From assembly GCF_000315625.1 (NCBI RefSeq), contig NW_005434523.1:14394-78393 (forward strand): 64,000 bases of DNA, written 5' to 3'. Source of the stretch: Guillardia theta CCMP2712. Its lineage: Eukaryota; Protista; Cryptophyta. How positions within the stretch are numbered: position 1 is the first letter of the stretch; the number at the start of each line of letters is the position of its first letter. Shown one piece after another: positions 1-12,092 of the stretch. The translations under genes and the position numbers were made by a program. The notes under the pieces were generated by a model that did not search any database, was not told where the DNA came from, and saw only the letters and a program-made list of their open reading frames with translations.

Positions 1-244
1 GATGATGATGATGATGATGGAGATCAATGGAGACGACGATGATGGAGAAGACGATACTACTGATGCAGACGATGATGATGATGATGATGATGGCGATGAT
101 GATCGCGATGATGATCACGATGGTGGTGGTGGTTGTCGTGGTGGTGGTGGTGGTGGTGGTGATGATGATGATGATGGACATGGAGATGATGATGATGATG
201 ATGCTGACGATGATGATGATGATGATGACGACGACGACGACGAC

Positions 245-276
<32 letters not shown>

Positions 277-307
277 CAATGAAGGAGGTGGTGGTGTTGA
301 TGATGAT
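1..307. repeat. (GAT/GAC/GGT)n trinucleotide microsatellite, probably intronic
   Basis: Pure triplet runs, followed by a ttgcag acceptor at 371-376. Confidence 0.9.
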
Positions 308-376
308 TAAAATGGATTTAGGGATAGACGATGGCAACTAGTCTGATCAACCACAACTCTGAATGTTTTGTTGCAG

Positions 377-1140
377 ATTCAGGAAGAAAGAGAGATCTCA
401 AGGCTCAAGCACATGCGGCTACGTCAGGCTGGAATCGAGCATGATGGGAGGTTGGACTGGATGTACCAAGATGTCGGCGGAAGGAGACAAAGACCAGGAT
501 GTGAGAAATTTTGAAGCTGATATGCCTGTTGTTCCACACCGTTTACTTGTATTGTTACTTCCATCCACCATTTTCTTCTTCTCTCAACCAAACTCAGATT
601 GTCGACTGGTTTGTGCTTCATCAACATCTGAAACAAACTTCATCAAAATCTCAGATGCACTTGTTTAGTTCATGATTTGTTGCCTCCAAGCGTCACATAC
701 ATTGTTTTGCAGTGACTCCCATCAACGACAAGACAAACTTGCACATGTTACAACAAAACGATTTCCGGCAAGAGGTGAAAGATCATTTTGATTGCATTTC
801 CAATCTCCTCAACTTGTGATCCACTTGCAGATATGCAATCAAGTCAAGGACTACGACAACAACCGCAGGAAACTTCTCTTGTTATGCGAGAGTTGCGATG
901 TGAGGATCTGAAAATGATGTGCAGAGGGGACTGGAGAGGCTTTGAGGCAGAAAGGCAGGAAGAAAGGAAGGGATCGTTGCAGAATGACCAAGATGCTGCA
1001 GAGAGGAGTGCGCTGTTGATGGTGGAGGTGATGATTTAGCACTGCAAACCCTTGCCTACAATAACACGATCCTTTGCAGAGGATACAAGCCATCAATGAG
1101 CAAAAGAGAATCGAGAAGATTCGGCGAAAGAGGAGGAAGG
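377..1140 (+). CDS. Partial multi-exon gene; exon 377-500 resembles the N-terminal part of splicing factor CWC25
   Basis: Exon 377-500 (AG before, GT after) translates IQEEREISRLKHMRLRQAGIEHDGRLDWMYQ, similar to the CWC25 EER...LDWMY motif. Further short AG/GT-bounded segments run to ~1140. The family call rests on one motif. Confidence 0.4.
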
Positions 1141-1340
1141 TAGGCTCGTACTGCTGCAAGCTCTGTGTTGCTGATGGAAGCGAAAGGAAATCAAGTCGAG
1201 ACAGCGTCAAGAATCTGGAGTAGCATGAGATCAAGATCAACGATTCTTTGCAAACACTTGCCCAAATTTACATTTATTCATTCTCCCCGCTTCCCACATC
1301 TGATCAAACATCTGTTCCTCCCTCTTCCTCCCTCCCTCCC

Positions 1341-1932
1341 NNNNNNNNNNNNNNNNNNNNNNNNNNNNNNNNNNNNNNNNNNNNNNNNNNNNNNNNNNNN
1401 NNNNNNNNNNNNNNNNNNNNNNNNNNNNNNNNNNNNNNNNNNNNNNNNNNNNNNNNNNNNNNNNNNNNNNNNNNNNNNNNNNNNNNNNNNNNNNNNNNNN
1501 NNNNNNNNNNNNNNNNNNNNNNNNNNNNNNNNNNNNNNNNNNNNNNNNNNNNNNNNNNNNNNNNNNNNNNNNNNNNNNNNNNNNNNNNNNNNNNNNNNNN
1601 NNNNNNNNNNNNNNNNNNNNNNNNNNNNNNNNNNNNNNNNNNNNNNNNNNNNNNNNNNNNNNNNNNNNNNNNNNNNNNNNNNNNNNNNNNNNNNNNNNNN
1701 NNNNNNNNNNNNNNNNNNNNNNNNNNNNNNNNNNNNNNNNNNNNNNNNNNNNNNNNNNNNNNNNNNNNNNNNNNNNNNNNNNNNNNNNNNNNNNNNNNNN
1801 NNNNNNNNNNNNNNNNNNNNNNNNNNNNNNNNNNNNNNNNNNNNNNNNNNNNNNNNNNNNNNNNNNNNNNNNNNNNNNNNNNNNNNNNNNNNNNNNNNNN
1901 NNNNNNNNNNNNNNNNNNNNNNNNNNNNNNNN
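1341..1932. other. Assembly gap (N run)
   Basis: Run of N. Confidence 1.
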
Positions 1933-2175
1933 CATCATCATCATCATCATCATCATCTCCATCATCTCCATCATCATCGTCTCCATTATCATCTTCATCT
2001 CCATCTCCATCATCTCCATCACCTCCATCATCATCGTCGTCGTCGTCGTCGTCATCATCATCATCATCATCATCATCATTCCAACATCTCAATCTCAATC
2101 AGAATCAAATCTCCATTTTCTGCGTGTCTTCTACATCATCATCTCCATCTTCATCTCCATCATCAGCTTCATCAT
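1933..2175. repeat. (CAT)n-type microsatellite
   Basis: CAT/CTC/CGT triplet runs. Confidence 0.9.
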
Positions 2176-3561
2176 GACACATCGGCAACCTTTCATGGCG
2201 CAAGACTCGTTTTACTCAACACCCCGGTCCCAGCTTGCCTCAGCCGCAGGGAAGGTGGGGCCGGCGGTCCCCGGCCGCGGGCCCTTGGCCGCCGGGCCCG
2301 GGGGGGCGGCCCGCCCCACTGGAGACTTCTATCTTCTGCTTCTCTATCTTCTTCATCCTTACTTTACTCGTGTCGTTGACAATCTCTTCAGGAGCATTTC
2401 AAACAGAAATTGCTGAAGAGAGTTCTGAGGAAGAAGTCGAATGGAGCGAGCGGCTGCAGCTGCTTTGACTCAAACTGGCTTACAGGGGAGGGATACTCCC
2501 TTGCGAAGTATTCTGCGATCAGAGGAGGCAACTCAGAGAGCAACCGCCTCCCCTGCAACATCGGTACGTCTGCCAAGCTCGGAAAATTTTTCATCCGACC
2601 CCGTCATGTCCTCGCCAGTGGCGCAATGCGAATGCTGATATCTATTCAGCTGAGGAATCAGCTAGCTTACCCTTTGGATTCATCACTGCAAGCAGCATAT
2701 TCCAAGGATTCATCCAGCAGGTCCTTCATGATCTGCCCCATATGTTCGCATATATCGACGACATCGTCATCGCTACGTATTCGACCTGGGAAGCCCACGC
2801 CGATCATGTTCGAGCCGTGCTAACACGCTGTCGCGAGCATCAGGTTTTTCTCAAGAAAGAGAAAGCTCAATTCTTCCGTACTAGTGTTCAATTCTTAGGC
2901 CACCGCGTCTCCGCCGACGGCGTGACGACGCAACATTCCAAGACAGCGGCTATCTCCGCGTGGCCGCTACCGACGACTACTAAACAAGTCAAGATGTTTC
3001 TTGCAGCCCCTCTGACTGACCTTCTCCGCAAGGGCGCTTAGTTTCAGTGGACTGCAGTCAAAGCGCGTTCGACAGCCTCAAGCAAGCTATCCAACGTTGG
3101 CATTGGAGGTGTACTCTTACAGCAGCCTCCTAACGCCCCGCAAGCTTCTACAGCCGCAAGTCAACTCCGACCGAACAACGCTACCACGCGACCGAACGAG
3201 AGTTACTCGCAATCAAGGATACCATTCTTTTCTTCAAGTGACTCCATTCAAGGTCTTTACTGATCATCAAGCTCTCACGTATTTCCAGACACAGAAAGAG
3301 ATCAGCAGCAGATTGATTCGCTGGCTCCAAACGCTCAGCGAGTTTGCAATCACCGAGTACTGTTACGTCAAAGGTTCTCAGAACGTCGTCCCCGACGCTC
3401 TCAGCCGTCAAGATGAAGCTCCCCTCTGGACTGCAGTCGCTCCTCATCACGAGCAACTCTCTCGCCAAGAGGACGGCTTCTTGCTCGCCTTCACCGTCAG
3501 CGCCTTGCAGCCTTTGTCCGACCAGATTCAAGCCGCCTGCGAGACGTGCGACTTTTGTCGT

Positions 3562-4065
3562 CCTCTTATCCAACGTCTCCGCGCCAAGTCTTCTGTAACA
3601 TCTTTTCTTCTGGATGATGAGCTTCTGTTTTATACAGATTCGTTGCCTCTTATCCAACGTCTCCGCGCCAAGTCTTCTGTAACATCTTTTCATCTGGATG
3701 ATGAGCTTCTGTTTTATACAGATTCGTTGCCTCTTATCCAACGTCTCCGCGCCAAGTCTTCTGTAACATCTTTTCTTCTGGATGATGAGCTTCTGTTTTA
3801 TACAGATTCGTTGCCTCTTATCCAACGTCTCCGCGCCAAGTCTTCTGTAACATCTTTTCATCTGGATGATGAGCTTCTGTTTTATACAGATTCGTTGCCT
3901 CTTATCCAACGTCTCCGCGCCAAGTCTTCTGTAACATCTTTTCATCTGGATGATGAGCTTCTGTTTTATACAGATTCGTTGCCTCTTATCCAACGTCTCC
4001 GCGCCAAGTCTTCTGTAACATCTTTTCATCTGGATGATGAGCTTCTGTTTTATACAGATTCGTTG
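3562..4065 (+). repeat. 84-bp in-frame tandem repeat x6 inside the retrotransposon pol
   Basis: Unit encodes PLIQRLRAKSSVTSF(L/H)LDDELLFYTDSL. Period 84 (3562, 3646...). Confidence 0.95.
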
Positions 4066-4155
4066 CGCCGCATTCGCCTGTGCATTCCGCAAGCATTGCG
4101 TCGAGAAGTTCTCTTGGACGCCCACGACCTTCAGTCCCACCTCGGGTTTTCAAGA

Positions 4156-4260
4156 ACCTACCTTCAGCTAGCAGCAACCTACCTTCAGCTAGCAGCAACC
4201 TACCTTCAGCTAGCAGCAACCTACCTTCAGCTAGCAGCAACCTACCTTCAGCTAGCAGCA
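4156..4260 (+). repeat. 21-bp in-frame tandem repeat x5 within the integrase zinc finger
   Basis: ACCTACCTTCAGCTAGCAGCA (TYLQLAA) x5. Confidence 0.95.
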
Positions 4261-5336
4261 ACCGTCTATTGGCCCCAGCTTCGGAAAGATACCGAGCTTT
4301 ACATCCTGTCATGCCAGCATTGTCTTCAAGGGAAATCTTATCGCCAACGACCCATGGGTAAACCTCATTCCCAGGCCGTTCCCTCGACACGCTTCGAAGT
4401 CGTCAGTCTCGACTTGCTGACTGGACTCCCTCTGCAGGAAATCGATCACCTCCGAACAAGCTGCTCAAAAATTCATCGAAACCGTGTTTCGATCCCAAGG
4501 CCTTTCTCAAGTCCTTATCAACGACAACGCTGCTATCTTTTCGTCCAGATTCTGGAACGCGCTCTTCAAGATGCTCAACGTTCACGTGAAGCATTCGTCG
4601 CCTTTTATGCCTTAAAGCAACGGTCGACCCGAGCGTATGAACTCCGTCGTCCTCGAAGCTCTGCGTATCTACACCACGCAGTATCCTCGAGCCGACTGGG
4701 AAAGGTACCTCCCCATCCTGGAGACTCACCTCGACTCAGCTGTTCGCCGTCCCGTCGGTGCCAGCCGTCCCGTCCCTGCCGCTATCAAGTCGGAGATCTG
4801 GTTTGGCTCTCAACCGCCAACCTCAACATCCCCGACGCCGCCTCGAAGCTCAACCCTCGCTTCGTTGGTGCCTTCCGCATCCTGGAATTTGTTTCAGACA
4901 ACACCGTTCGTCTCGACGTCTTTCCTCGCTTCGCATCGATCAGAAACACCGTCATCAACATCAAGTGGCTTCGTCCGCATACAGAGCGCGATCCTGCCTA
5001 TCAAGATCCCCAGCGACCACCCGAACCTCTGGACACCAGAGATGGCTTGGAGTACGAGATCGAGAGCATTCTCAGCAAACGTCGTCGCGGTCGAGGTATT
5101 CAGTACCTTGTTAAGTGGACAGGCTATGATCAAGTCAGCGAGATCAATTGGCTTCCTGCTCGTGAATTGCAGCAGAAATCAGGTCTTCGCGACCTCATCC
5201 GTCAATTCGAAGAACGTGAAGCTCTTCAAGCTTTACCCTCCATCGCCCTCGACTCATCCGACTTGTCTGAAGTGGAACTTTAAATCCTGTCGTTCCTCTC
5301 CTCATGGTAAGAGCGAAGGACAAGTTGGAACTAAGT

Positions 5337-5575
5337 TGTCAAGCGCAGATGGAGCGATGTTGTATCCATGAGGATCCGGAAACACACGGATACTCGTCGG
5401 ATACTCTGCTTGATATTCTCTATTTAGGCGGACGCTTCCTCAGCGGCCGGCTCCTGAATTTCCCCCACTTGCATGAGTGTGGTGGTTGTGCGTAGTTTAC
5501 CTCCCAGTAAACTGAGAGACTTCTATCTTCTGCTTCTCTATCTTCTTCATCCTTACTTTACTCGTGTCGTTGACA
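5337..5575 (+). repeat. Candidate 3' LTR of element 1
   Basis: Bounded by inverted TGTCAA...TTGACA just after the pol stop. Its last 60 bp recur at 2322-2381. Confidence 0.5.
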
Positions 5576-5600
5576 ATCTCTGTGTTGTGTATACAACAGC

Positions 5601-6516
5601 TCACATATCCATATTTTCATTTCAACAACTGGAAGCTTCCTCGCTCATGGCGAGGTCAAAGAGGCAAACTACAGGAGCTACAGCTTGCCGGATCATGTCA
5701 ACATATCACCTCTTCAGTCAAGTTCTGCTCTGAACAGGTGGTGTAGTGTACTGTACGAGATAGGCGATCGCCTGAGATTCGTACACCGGCGCCATCTCCA
5801 CATCCGCTGACTTGGCGACTTTCTTCTGAGCGAAAAGTTTGTAAGCCAGCAGGCCGAGCCCAGCAGCTCCGACGATGCCGCCGATCACGCCGCCGACGAT
5901 GGCGCCGACGTTGACCCCAGGTGCTGGTGTTGAGGATGTGAAGCTTGCCGAAGAGGCTGCTGAGCTTGCTGGTCCTGCAAGCACCGAGAGCTTGCGCGGA
6001 TCCGTCTTCCAGACAAACAGCCTCGTGCTGGAGGACAGCAGAGCAGTGTGCTGTCCGTTGGAGTACCCGCCAGCGACCGTGTCATTGAGGAACAGGTCTA
6101 CGGATGTAGGCGAGGAGGTTGAAACTATCAGCAAGAGCGGACTGCTCCAGACCGAGTCGAGGACGGACGGCCTGCTGCTGATGGAGTAGGAGTAAGTAGC
6201 GCCATCCGATACCACCATGCTCTGCTGATGGACCGCCTGATCCCCCAGCATGTGACCGAAAGAGTCCAGCACGAAGACAGGTGAGCCTGGCTCGAAGGGG
6301 TCAGCTGAGCTCCCGTTGATGGCGTTGGAGCTGTTGTGGGAAGGAGACAGGATGGAGCTGTCGGAGGCAGGATCGAAGCCGTCCATCCTGTCCTGGAAAT
6401 AGAGCGGATCAGCTGAGAACCTCCAAGGTTGGTAGGCAGCTGGGTAGTTGAGGCTCGGCCTTATGAGCCTCCCAGTGAACTTGTCAGAGAGGTCAACCTG
6501 CAGGAAGGACTGCTGG
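5601..6516 (-). repeat. 916-bp inverted-repeat arm (copy of 9988-10903) carrying the 3' end of the surface-protein gene
   Basis: ORF 5718-6386(-) equals the last 222 aa of ORF 6644-10786 except for a few substitutions (DPASD/DPVSD, SVLAG/SILTG, AQKK/AHKK). Confidence 0.95.
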
Positions 6517-9500
6517 TGTCAATGCAGGATCAGGGTACCTCAAACCTCCGAGCATCAGCATAGTCTCGCCGTCGGGTCTGCTACCTACCTGCCCTCCTCC
6601 CATAGTTGGTGCCTTCCCGAGGAACGGGCTGGTTGCGTCCAGGGTGGAGCTCATTCGAAACATTTCTCTCCCCGAAGCCAATCAGGGAAGTACCAAAGTC
6701 CAGCCGACGTGCAGCAGCGGATCGTTTGTCGTCAAGTCACTTTGCCCAGGCTCCAAGCAGTGCGCGAGCTCGTACTCGCGAGCAGAGCTGAACCCGCTCC
6801 CTTCCTGCTCGACGTCATCGCAGTGCGGCGGTTGCAGTAGCTTCCCATGTTCGTCGCATGCATGCGGGCCTGACAACTGTCCCTCCTACCTCTCGACGGT
6901 ACTCGACGCTTCTCTCTCTACCGTGGTGCCAGACGAAGCGCTCGCTGTGATCGGATGGGATGCTCGGGCCCAGCAGCCAGTCCTGCTCAACCAGGGCTTC
7001 GGGTTCTCTCCCAGCTCGCCTAACCCGCTCCGACTTGAGTTCCCCTCGGACTCTGGGCAGGCGTATCCCTGCGCGGAGGTTCTCCTGTACTTCTCAGCTG
7101 GCTACAGCTCTGACGCCCTTCAGCCTGGCCCTCTGCACTGGCCGGGCGACCTGTCCTACAACCAGAACGCTGTCCGGAACTATGCCGGAGAGGTGACGGA
7201 GGTCAGCTACATGTTCCGACCTGGCTTCATCAATGCAATCTACGGCTCGTTCAGCAACTTCCCTGTGACCACGCTCATCTCTCTTAAAGATCAGTCAGGT
7301 CGCAGACTTCTGCAGGCCTCCAGCTCAGCTCTGCTGGGGGTTGTATCAGCAGGAGGGTTCAAGGTGGGAGATTACATCCGACTGGCTGACGAGGTCATGC
7401 TTGTGAACGCGGTCAGCCAGCAGCAGAACACGCTGTCGGTCACCCGAGGAGCATTGAACACCAGCGTCGCCTCCTCCTTCGCTCTAGGAACCGTGGTCCG
7501 CACTTTCAACCCCGGCTCGGTGCTGCTGCAAGACGTCGCAAGCGACGCGACGACCATTCAAGTATCGGAAGCATCAGGGTTCAACTCGGACAGATACATC
7601 CAGGTCGAGCATGAGGTCATGTACATCACCAGCGTCGACGCCTCGTCCATGACCGTCCTGCGGGCTCAGGAAGGGACGCGTGCGAGCAGCCATGCCGCCT
7701 TCAAGCCGGTGGGCTACGTCCGTCCTTCCCAGCAGTATCCTATCGTGCTGCTGGAGGCCGTCAGCGCGAGTCAGACGACTTTGTCCGTGTCTGACGGGAG
7801 TTTCTTCTACCCGGGCGCCTCCATCCAGGTGCTGAGCGAGACCATGGCGGTCACAGCTGTCTCAGGCGACACCCTGACCGTCCAGCGAGGTCAAGAGTCG
7901 ACCTCAGCTGCCGCGTATCCCAAGCAGGTGCTGGTGACGGTTGTGCAAGGCTCGGCAAGCGTTGTATCGTTTACCAGCAGCATAATACCTTCCATCAACA
8001 GATCCTCCATGAATCTCCTGAGTGACATTAGAAATGATGAAACTGATACCATTCTATATGTGATGGACCCGGTGAAGAACACGTCATCGTCCGGCTTTCA
8101 ACCTGGAGATTATGTGATGGGATTAAGAGGCTCCAATTTTATCTCGGCAGAAGTGATGTTGGTCTTGAGTACTGGGACAGCTAGAGTATCAGATTATCTT
8201 TATCAGAATCTGACTGTTGCAAGAGCACAGTTTGGGACCAGAGCACAGTACACCTACAAAGGAGGCCCAATAATTTACTTATCCAGTCCGCGCATTCTCG
8301 AACAGGCGATGACGGCGACAGATACAAACCCTGTCTTCTCCAACTCTACAGATCTGCAAGCTGGAGACATGCTGTTGGCGTTCCCAGCACAAAACAATGA
8401 AGGTTTTGTTGAAGTGATAGAGTATGAGTCTGGTGGGAGTGTACTTCGAGGATTGATCCCAAACTTTGCGGGCAGGTCGCAGGCAACATCAGTATCAAAA
8501 GGAGCTGTTGTCCAGACCATTGCTCAACCGGCTTACTTGAGTCCTCCTTACTGCACGTCCAAGAGTGGGTCAGATTTGACCATGACGAGCGTATCTAGCT
8601 TCGCTGTCGGCGACATAGTGTCGGATGGCAGTGCAGTTTACACCGTGACAGCTATCAACGAAGGGTCAAGTCAGATGACCGTTGAGAGCCTCTATGTCTC
8701 AGGTGCTACTCCATCATGCTCCAACATAAATCAGTATACTCCTCCTTCATACGTAGTTAAGACAGAAGGCCTGAGAGTTTTGAGCTCTGCTTGGAACCTC
8801 ACAGCTGGTGAATTGGTCCAAGATCCTCTGGCTGTCTTCACCATCCACCTGCAGACCGTGGTCTCTGATTTCTATGCACCTGGAGACTTTGTTTGGATTG
8901 CTGACAAGAGCACGCCTAGTTATGGGTGCTTCCAAGTAGAGCAAGTAGAAGACTACACCCTGCATGTCACAGTCTACACTTTACCTCGCTCTTGGATTGC
9001 ACAGTTGATATTCAATTTTCAGAAAGACACAGCAGTTCTCTACAAGTACGAACGCTTCGATGTGATCAACGGTACTGCTCTCTCCCCAGGAGACATCGTG
9101 CTCTTCTCGTGGTCATTCCAAGGCGGGACAGGTCAAATCATTTCAGCCACCGAAAATGAAATTCGCATGAAATTCACTGCTGGCAGGTACAATGGAGGGC
9201 AATCTTTGTTCAATGATGTATACAATACCTTCCAGCTCCTCCCGGTGTCAAAGACGAGCTACGCCAGGTCAAAGCTTGCTCTCGCTATCAACTCCGAGGT
9301 CAACACGATGACTCTCTTTGACGCGTCCGGGTTCAGAGTGGGGGATAGCTTCACCATCGACCAAGAGGTCATGACCATAGAAAACCTCAACGGCAACGTC
9401 ATCCAGGTCAAGCGCGCTCAGCGAGGCACCTCCGCTGCTTCTCATGCGCTGGACGCGCTTGTGGAATGGACGGCGCCGCTATCCGCTGCCTCTCCTCAAG

Positions 9501-10786
9501 TCGCGTCCGTGACCCCTTTGCTCCGACGTGACCAGCACTTGAGATACATCTCTCAGGTCGGCCCCATCACCCTTCCCAGCTCCATCCAGCAGCTCTCGAG
9601 CTATCAGAATGTCTGGGCAGAGCTCGACGAGGAGATCATCTTGATCCGACAGCCCGCCTCAGGCATCGTCAAGGCGTCTGATCGGGGGCTGAGAGGAACA
9701 GCAGCGGCGGCGCACGTGAGCAACACGACCTACAACATCCCCAACGCCTTCTTCTCCTGGCTCTTCTCCTTCAAGTCAAGCCTGCCGGGTGCATCAGGCT
9801 TCTCAGCTCTGCCCGTGTACGACATGAACGTAGCTGGGGTCATCACCTTGTCAGGGGTTCACGTGCTCTCGGGAGGTAGCAGGGTGACGAGCGAGCCGAC
9901 TCTAGAGCTCACTCTCAACCGCTTCATTGAGAACGAGGCCCGAGGACAGTCAGTCGCAGGCCCTTCGTACTCATACCGCACCTTGATCCAGCAGACCTTC
10001 CTGCAGGTTGACCTCTCTGACAAGTTCACTGGGAGGCTCATAAGGCCGAGCCTCAACTACCCAGCTGCCTACCAACCTTGGAGGTTCTCAGCTGATCCGC
10101 TCTATTTCCAGGACAGGATGGACGGCTTCGATCCTGTCTCCGACAGCTCCATCCTGTCTCCTTCCCACAACAGCTCCAACGCCATCAACGGGAGCTCAGC
10201 TGACCCCTTCGAGCCAGGCTCACCTGTCTTCGTGCTGGACTCTTTCGGTCACATGCTGGGGGATCAGGCGGTCCATCAGCAGAGCATGGTGGTATCGGAT
10301 GGCGCTACTTACTCCTACTCCATCAGCAGCAGGCCGTCCGTCCTCGACTCGGTCTGGAGCAGTCCGCTCTTGCTGATAGTTTCAACCTCCTCGCCTACAT
10401 CCGTAGACCTGTTCCTCAATGACACGGTCGCTGGCGGGTACTCCAACGGACAGCACACTGCTCTGCTGTCCTCCAGCACGAGGCTGTTTGTCTGGAAGAC
10501 GGATCCGCGCAAGCTCTCGATTCTTACAGGACCAGCAAGCTCAGCAGCCTCTTCGGCAAGCTTCACATCCTCAACACCAGCACCTGGGGTCAACGTCGGC
10601 GCCATCGTCGGCGGCGTGATCGGCGGCATCGTCGGAGCTGCTGGGCTCGGCCTGCTGGCTTACAAACTTTTTGCTCATAAGAAAGTCGCCAAGTCAGCGG
10701 ATGTGGAGATGGCGCCGGTGTACGAATCTCAGGCGATCGCCTATCTCGTACAGTACACTACACCACCTGTTCAGAGCAGAACTTGA
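6517..10786 (+). CDS. Large intronless single-pass membrane/surface protein with phage-structural-like beta repeats; apparently 5'-truncated
   Basis: 1380-aa ORF whose frame stays open upstream to the inverted-repeat junction with no ATG or signal peptide. It has 6-7 repeats of type xSGFxxGDxIxxxxEVMxVxxxxxxTLTVxRGxxGTxAxxH, a Cys-rich N-terminus, GRRLLQ, a C-terminal TM helix (VGAIVGGVIGGIVGAAGLGLLAY) and a short Tyr-containing tail. Confidence 0.85.
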
Positions 10787-11782
10787 CTGAAGAGGTGATA
10801 TGTTGACATGATCCGGCAAGCTGTAGCTCCTGTAGTTTGCCTCTTTGACCTCGCCATGAGCGAGGAAGCTTCCAGTTGTTGAAATGAACTCATGGATATG
10901 TGAACACACGATGTGAAGCGAGAAGGAGAAGAAAGGGAGGGGGAGGGAGGAGAGGAGAGGAGATGGGAAAGGAATCGGGAAAGGGCAAGGCAGAGCAGGA
11001 GAAAGGAAGAGACGGAGGGGACAGGAAAAGAGACAGCGCAAAGACAGGAAAAGAGACAAGGAAAAATGGATGGAGTACAGGTGTGTGAGCAAGGGTAGGA
11101 GAAAAAAGTACCAGGGAATGCAGCAGATATATTATCTTCCTCATCAGTTGGAACGCCTTCAGCCCATCTTTTACAATTCTTCGCATTTGGAAAGTTTTCG
11201 TGAGAGGAAGAGCAAGGAGAGGCAGTGTGAGCCAGACGATGCCAGGGAACTACACAAGGAACAAACAGGTCCTCGTGAGGAGTCCTCTGAAGTTCCCGAG
11301 GAGAAGTGAACGGTGAAGTCAAGAGCTGAGAGCGGCCGGGCTACAAGGGAGAGGGGACGCGGCAAGATGATGGATTGTATGCAGTCACAGTAGCGAAGTA
11401 AGAGCAGGTAGTTGATTGACTTCTGAGATAAGAGTATTTATAAAGTAGAGTAAGGGATAGGAAGATAACAGAGACCGGGAAGGATAGAATAAAGGGAAAA
11501 AGTTTAAGAGATAGCGAGAAAGGAGAGTGAGAAGAGAGAGAGAATGAGAAGTGAAAGAAAGAGAGAGAAGAGAGATTAAGAGAGAGAGGAAGAGAGAGAG
11601 AGAGAGAGAGATAGAAGACAGGACCCCATGCTTATATACAGACAACCAGGGGTAAGGTCCGCCCCGAGGATGCTTCCTCTGGTCATTCCAGTTTAGGGGG
11701 CTCTCAGCCTGCCAGTAATATCTAAGGTCGATGTGATATCTGCGTGACTTCGGACTAGTACAAGTTTAAGGCTCTGTGCTCC

Positions 11783-12092
11783 GTCTCAAGAATAGCTGAG
11801 AGTCTCAAGAATAGCTGAGCTGAGTCTCAAGAATAGCTGAGAGTCTCAAGAATAGCTGAGAGTCTCAAGAATAGCTGAGAGTCTCAAGAATAGCTGAGAG
11901 CCTCAAGAATAGCTGAGAGTCTCAAGAATAGCTGAGAGTCTCAAGAATAGCTGAGAGTCTCAAGAATAGCTGAGAGTCTCAAGAATAGCTGAGAGTCTCA
12001 AGAATAGCTGAGAGTCTCAAGAATAGCTGAGAGTCTCAAGAATAGCTGAGAGTCTCAAGAATAGCTGAGAGTCTCAAGAATAGCTGAGAGTC
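11783..12092. repeat. 19-bp minisatellite, about 16 copies
   Basis: GTCTCAAGAATAGCTGAGA head to tail with no spacers. Confidence 0.95.

Larger units (their letters stand above)
2322..5581 (+). mobile_element. Degenerate, internally deleted Ty3/Gypsy chromovirus LTR retrotransposon (element 1)
   Basis: RT fragment with YIDD and FLGHRVS (2742-3041). RNase H tail TDHQAL...NVVPDALSR. Integrase zinc finger (HDLQSHLG...CQHC). GPY/F module (YQVGDLVWL...KLNPRFVGAF). Chromodomain (YEIESILSKR..YLVKWTGY..W) ending at 5283. A 66-bp direct repeat lies at 2322-2387 and 5516-5581. No gag or protease seen, and the integrase core is frameshifted. Confidence 0.9.

Noticed and set aside
2-2379. Poly-D/M/H/S ORFs and ORFs through the N gap
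   Set aside because: Translations of triplet microsatellites and Ns.
2322-2387. Complete 5' LTR of element 1
   Set aside because: Only ~60 bp match the 3' LTR candidate. Both copies continue with ATCTCT past the CA end, and no primer-binding site or TSD was identified.
11783-12092. CRISPR-like array (19-bp repeat; likewise the 29- and 37-bp arrays)
   Set aside because: Units are head to tail with no spacers, there are no cas genes, and the context is eukaryotic.
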